Part shown: piece after piece, positions 60,621 to 64,000 of the stretch
How positions within the stretch are numbered: the stretch's first letter is position 1
Layout: each line of letters opens with the position of its first letter
Notes under the pieces: generated by a model
Seen by the model: the letters and a program-made list of their open reading frames with translations, nothing else
What the model was told of the DNA's origin: nothing
The model's database searches: none
Source of the DNA: Candidatus Eiseniibacteriota bacterium
GTDB taxonomy: Bacteria; Eisenbacteria; RBG-16-71-46; CAIMUX01; VGJL01
Direction of reading: 5' to 3'
NCBI GenBank assembly: GCA_963792585.1
Contig: CAWBWI010000003.1
Location: 960,001 to 1,024,000, forward strand
DNA: 64,000 nucleotides
Position numbers and translations under genes: made by a program

Positions 60621-63600
60621 CAACTCAGGTCGTGACATGCGTTGCACCCCGGGTCTCCCGAACACTGACTGCATCCACCGCCCTGCGCGACGTCGGCCGT
60701 GATCGTCGTGGTTTCCTGCGCTGCGCGCACCGGTGCAGCCGCGGCCGCGGCTCCACCCCCGCCCCGCTCATCGGCCCCAGCCGCGGCCGATCGGCTCCAC
60801 CGTCGCAGGATCCCCTGGCTGTCGAGATACGCCTCGATGCGGGTCAGCATCCCGGCGTCGTTGGCGTGCCCGTCGAACTGGAGCGACAGGAAGGGTCGGC
60901 CGTAGGCGTCGCGCACGAAGTGCTTGATGTAGGAATCGGGCCCGCACTTGAAGTTCGTGACATAGATCATGTGGAGATTCGGGTAGGCGCTCGCCGCCCG
61001 CGCGGCGGCGAGGATCTTCCGGCCGTATCCCCAGTACATGTTCGCGTTGATCGCCTCGATGTCGCTGTCGTCCGCCGCCGAGGAACTCGAGCGGCAGGAC
61101 GTTGACGCCGTAGAGGTCGCGCAGCTTGCGCGCGACGTCGAGGCTCGCGATCGGATCGAATAGATTGTACGGCCGGCCGACGAGCAGGACCGCCGGCTCG
61201 CCGCGTCTCGACCAGGCGCTCGAGCGCGCGCTCGCCCGCCTCGCGAATCCGCGTCGTGGAAGCGATCGTGCGCCTTCTCCGCCGCGACGAGGGCCCGCAC
61301 GATCTCGCCCTTGCGGATCCCGCCGCCGCAGGACTTCGTGTAGCGGACCGACCAGCGCCTGCCGCCCTCCGCGGAAGCGGATCAGCGGGTGGAGGATCCG
61401 GTCGGCGTGCTCCTCGAACGACTGCGGCGCTCTGGACGATGAAGGGCAGCGTCGTCCCCCACGGGCAGTAGAAGCTCTGGATCTCGCGGTGGGTCGCCTC
61501 GGAGTTGATGTAGTTCGGCAGCCAGACGAAGGCCGTCGGCGTCGATCTCCAGCGCGTTCGCGATCTGCCCGTGCGCGATCTGGATCGGGAAGCACGGCTC
61601 GGCGACGGAGGCCTCGACGCCGGCCACCGCGATCGCGCGGTTGGTCTCGGGGGTCGCGCGCACGCCGAAGTCGAGCGCGCGGAAGAAGGCGTTCCAGTAG
61701 GGGAAGCGATCGTGGAAGTAGATCGCGCGCGGCATGATCATCCGGCCGCGCCGCCCCTCGGACTCGGGTCGTAGCCGTCGAGCAGCCACTCCTTGCGCAG
61801 GCGGACGAGGTCGTCGATCACGGGTCGGAAGTCGACCTTCGCGCGCCGCCGGTATCGATCGCCGCACTGGTCGCCCCAGTAGGTCTTCTCGTCCTCGACG
61901 TGGAACTCCTGCATCTCGCAGTGATTCTCGCAGCCGCTGCAGGTGAACTCGCGGATCGTGTGCTCGACCGCGCCGAGGTCCCAGCCGCGGAAGCGGGTGC
62001 CGGCGTTGACGCGCCGCGTCTTCTCCCACGCGAGAAGGGCGGCGCCGACCGCGCCCACGACCCCGTTGTACGGCGGGACGACGATCTCGCGATCGAGGAT
62101 CTGCGCGAAGGCCGCGGCGACGGCGTCGTTGTAGGCCGTCCCGCCCTGGAAGAAGATCGTGCCGTCGATCTTGCGCCCGCGCACGACGCGGTTGATGTAG
62201 TTCGTCGCGACCGAGAGGGCGAGGCCGGCCAGGAGGTCGTTCGTCGCGCGCCCCGCGCTGCTGGTAGGCGTTGACGTCGCGCTCCATGAAGACCGTGCAG
62301 CGCTCGCCGAGGCGAACCGGGCTCTCCGAGGCCAGGGCGCGCAGGGCGAACTCGTCCTTGATGCAGACGCCCAGCTCCTCGGCCCGCTCCTCGAGGAAGG
62401 AGCCGGTGCCGGCGGCGCACGCCTCGTTCATCGCGAAGTCGACCACGATCGCCGTCGTCGATCCGGATGAACTTCGCGTCCTGCCCGCCGATCTCGAAGA
62501 TCGTGTTGACCTCGCAGTCGAGCATCGTGCGCGCGATGAACGCAGCCCCGGTCTTGTGGGCCGTGATCTCGTCGTTGATCGTGTCGGCGCCGACCAGCTC
62601 GCCGATCAGCTCACGCCCCGATCCGGTCGTGCCCACGCCGCGGACGCACGGATCCGATCGCCGAACTCCTCGCGGACCTGGGCGAGGGCCGCGGTGACGA
62701 CTTCGACGGGTCGCGCCTGCGTGCGCGTGTAGATCTCTTGCACGACGCGTCCCGCATTGTCGAGCAGGACGACGTTCGTGCTGACGCTGCCGATGTCGAT
62801 CCCGATCGTCACCTCGACCGGCGGACCGCCGGCGGGCATCTCGAAGGGGATGCACGCGGTCGCGCAGGGTGAGGACCTTGTCCATCGAGAGGGGACGCGC
62901 GCTGGGAATGGTCGACGCGTCCTGCGTCGCCGCGACGTGCGCGCGCGCGCCCGCATCGTGATGGCTCGTGGTCGAGGGCGGCGCGGACCGCGCAGCCGAT
63001 CGCGGCGTGGGCGAAGGCGTGCGCGGGGATCACGAGGTCGCTCGTCGAGCTCGAAGGTCTCGCGCAGCGCGCGGACGACCATCTCGTTGGCCGCCACGCC
63101 GCCGACGAAGAGGACGGGCGGACGCGGGGTTCTTTCCCTTGGCGACCGCGGCGCGGAAGTTGCGCGCCACCGTCTCGCAGAGGCCCCGCAGGACCTCGGG
63201 CGGGAGATACCCCTTCTGCTGCGCGTGGATCATGTCGCTCTTGGCGAAGACCGAGCAGCGGCCGGCGATCTTGGCCGTCCGCGGTCGCTCCGGCCGCGAT
63301 CCTTCCGACGTCCTCGATGTCGTACTGGAGGCGCCCGGCCTGCTGATCGAGGAAGGAGCCGGTCCCGGCCGCGCAGTCGCCGTTGGTCTGGTAGTCGGCG
63401 ATGCCGAGATCCCCGCTCTGCGCGTCGCGCTCGAAGAAGAGGATCTTGGAGGATTCGCCGCCGATCTCGAAGAGGGTGCGGACGTCGGGGGCGATGGCCC
63501 AGGTCGCGGCCGCCAGAGCGCGGAACTCGTTCTCGCGGGTCATGTCGACCAGCGAGCGGAGCAGGGCCGAGCCGGAGCCGGTGGCGCGCACGGCGTCCAG

Positions 63601-63855
63601 CGGACGGCCGCCCAGATCCTCGCGGATCTCGCCCAGGAGATCCTTGGCCGCCTCGACCGGACGCCCGCGCGTCCGCCGGTAGGTCGCGACGATGATCGAG
63701 GAAGGGCCGATGCGGGGGAGGTCGAGGGTGAGCGAGACGGGATCCCATAGATCGGATCCGCCGCGAAGCCTCGAGACAGGCTCGGCGTCGTCGCCGGTTC
63801 CCAGCAGGGCGGCCTTGATGCTCACGGCGCCCAGATCGATTCCCAGCAGAAGCAC
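60620..63855 (-). CDS. Acyl-CoA dehydratase activase (two BadF/BcrAD ASKHA ATPase domains plus DUF2229-like region), heavily frameshifted
   Basis: LGIDLGAVSIK, ATGSG, EIGGESSK, NGDCAAGTGSF; second IDIGSVST, TTGSGR, EIGGQDAK, MNEACAAGTGSF; FTCSGCENHC; NFKCGPDS. Confidence 0.82.
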
Positions 63856-64000
63856 GGGGGACGTCCTCCAGGATCGCGCTGCGGCTCGATCCACTACGCG
63901 GCCAACCGATAAGCAGGATAAGCGGGGGGGCGGACGTGCGCAAGCTCTTGCGCGACGCGAAGGTAAGGGAGTTCGATCAGGCGCGGGCGACGAAAATGGA

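Noticed and set aside
59358..63855. Programmed frameshifting or true pseudogenes
   Set aside because: Too many scattered breaks without slippery motifs; catalytic motifs are intact; the same pattern affects thrS.

Overview
GC-rich bacterial chromosomal window. The C-terminal FlgD/T9SS-like domains and 'TWGxIK' tails suggest an FCB-superphylum candidate lineage such as Eisenbacteria, Krumholzibacteria or Latescibacteria (inference). The clustered frameshifts, including in essential thrS, point to a long-read or low-coverage assembly. Contents in order: a sigma54/GAF-activator-linked operon (OM beta-barrel, NHLP/Os1348-like peptide, TolC, RND adaptor); a group 3c [NiFe]-hydrogenase operon mvhG-mvhA-protease-hdrA-mvhD-tusA with no hdrBC, followed by an MCP; two LVIVD-repeat secreted proteins and a Tat-signal HisC-like aminotransferase, all with FlgD/T9SS-like tails; an AraC-methyltransferase pair; a HAD/methyltransferase/TPR-glycosyltransferase operon; NfeD-SPFH-esterase; an IS1-like element with 22-bp terminal inverted repeats; a degenerate AsnB-like gene; a TonB receptor; two Cys/Met-rich secreted proteins sharing an ECF-type promoter; glycosyltransferases; thrS; mscL; a Kef-type antiporter; arsR-arsM; a duplicated A-B-A'-B' cluster of secreted proteins built from 34 six-cysteine modules, all ending in a TWGxIKxxFR tail (best candidate for an undescribed sorting/surface system); and a frameshifted acyl-CoA dehydratase activase pair. 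No rRNA, tRNA or CRISPR array was seen.
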